Assembly: GCA_963719315.1 (NCBI GenBank)
Contig: CAVRBU010000004.1
Location: 320,001-384,000 of the forward strand
Reading direction: 5' to 3'
Source: an uncultured Planctomycetota bacterium
Lineage (GTDB): Bacteria; Planctomycetota; Planctomycetia; Pirellulales; Lacipirellulaceae
DNA: 64,000 nucleotides
The notes beneath the pieces are model-generated. The model had not been told where the DNA came from, ran no database searches, and worked only from the letters and a program-made list of their open reading frames with translations. Positions within the stretch are counted from its first letter, which is position 1; the number at the start of each line of letters is the position of its first letter. Below, piece after piece: positions 63,627-64,000 of this stretch. A program made the translations under genes and the position numbers.

Positions 63627-64000
63627 ATGACGCGAGCCTTTGCGATTCTGTGCTTCGCGGTCTTTGCAGCGGGCGTCGGTGGCATATTGCCGCGGGCCGT
63701 GGCCAACCCGGCCGTGTATGAAATCGGCAGCGATCCGGCCGTCGGGTTCAACCTCATCTCGTGGTTCAACTTCGGCTCCAGCGGCGTTTCGACATGGCAG
63801 AACGCGGTGCAGGGCCTGTACGACGCCGGATTTCGCAGCGTTTCGATCAGCCCGGTGCGCTTCGTGAATATCAATACGGGGCAGATTCTGACCACATCGC
63901 CCAAGGGGCCCGAGCTGAGCCACATCGACGCCGCCGTCGCCCGCGCAAAGTCGCTCGGCATGCGGGTGACGCTCAATCCGTTCGTGGAGCTGTTCGATGC
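63627..64000 (+). CDS. GH113-like glycoside hydrolase, N-terminal part (cut by the window end)
   Basis: Manual translation: MTRAFAILCF...GFNLISW...IDAAVARAKSLGMRVTLNPFVELFD. Confidence 0.55.
   Translation, partial: MTRAFAILCFAVFAAGVGGILPRAVANPAVYEIGSDPAVGFNLISWFNFGSSGVSTWQNAVQGLYDAGFRSVSISPVRFVNINTGQILTTSPKGPELSHIDAAVARAKSLGMRVTLNPFVELFD

Overview
Chromosomal window from a planctomycete (Pirellulales/Lacipirellulaceae-like, judged from DUF1559, DUF1580, ECF-kinase and PEP-CTERM content). Many single-base indels split otherwise intact genes, probably long-read errors. (1) Bases 1-8079 are the right part of a phage-satellite-like element integrated at tRNA-Ala(TGC). It encodes a tyrosine integrase, a DUF1580 excisionase-like protein, an HTH replication initiator with internal iterons, an HNH endonuclease, a P27 small terminase, a Zn-ribbon protein and a cold-shock domain. 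Its opposite-strand cargo is a HipA-like kinase, a DUF3037 protein and an unannotated tRNA-like RNA with a 9/3 (allo-tRNA-type) cloverleaf and a UAU anticodon. This cargo is the best candidate for an undescribed system. (2) Bases 8.2-38 kb are core genes: tRNAs Ile, Ala, Cys and Thr, an ExbBD module with TonB-like partners, secDF-yajC-tgt, a TPR protein with two alpha-CTD domains, a GSDH and a PhyH dioxygenase. (3) Mobile and repeat DNA: two IS630 copies, an IS630-type MITE, an IS1182-like IS and several GTAG REP families. (4) An ECF sigma factor with a Ser/Thr kinase-WD40 partner. (5) A beta-mannan utilisation locus (LacI, GH130, SSS transporter, GH5 plus an unclassified GH-A-like domain, paired PEP-CTERM proteins, DUF1559, GH113-like) with no SusC/SusD in the visible part. 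All calls come from reading the sequence and from recalled family motifs; no searches were run.
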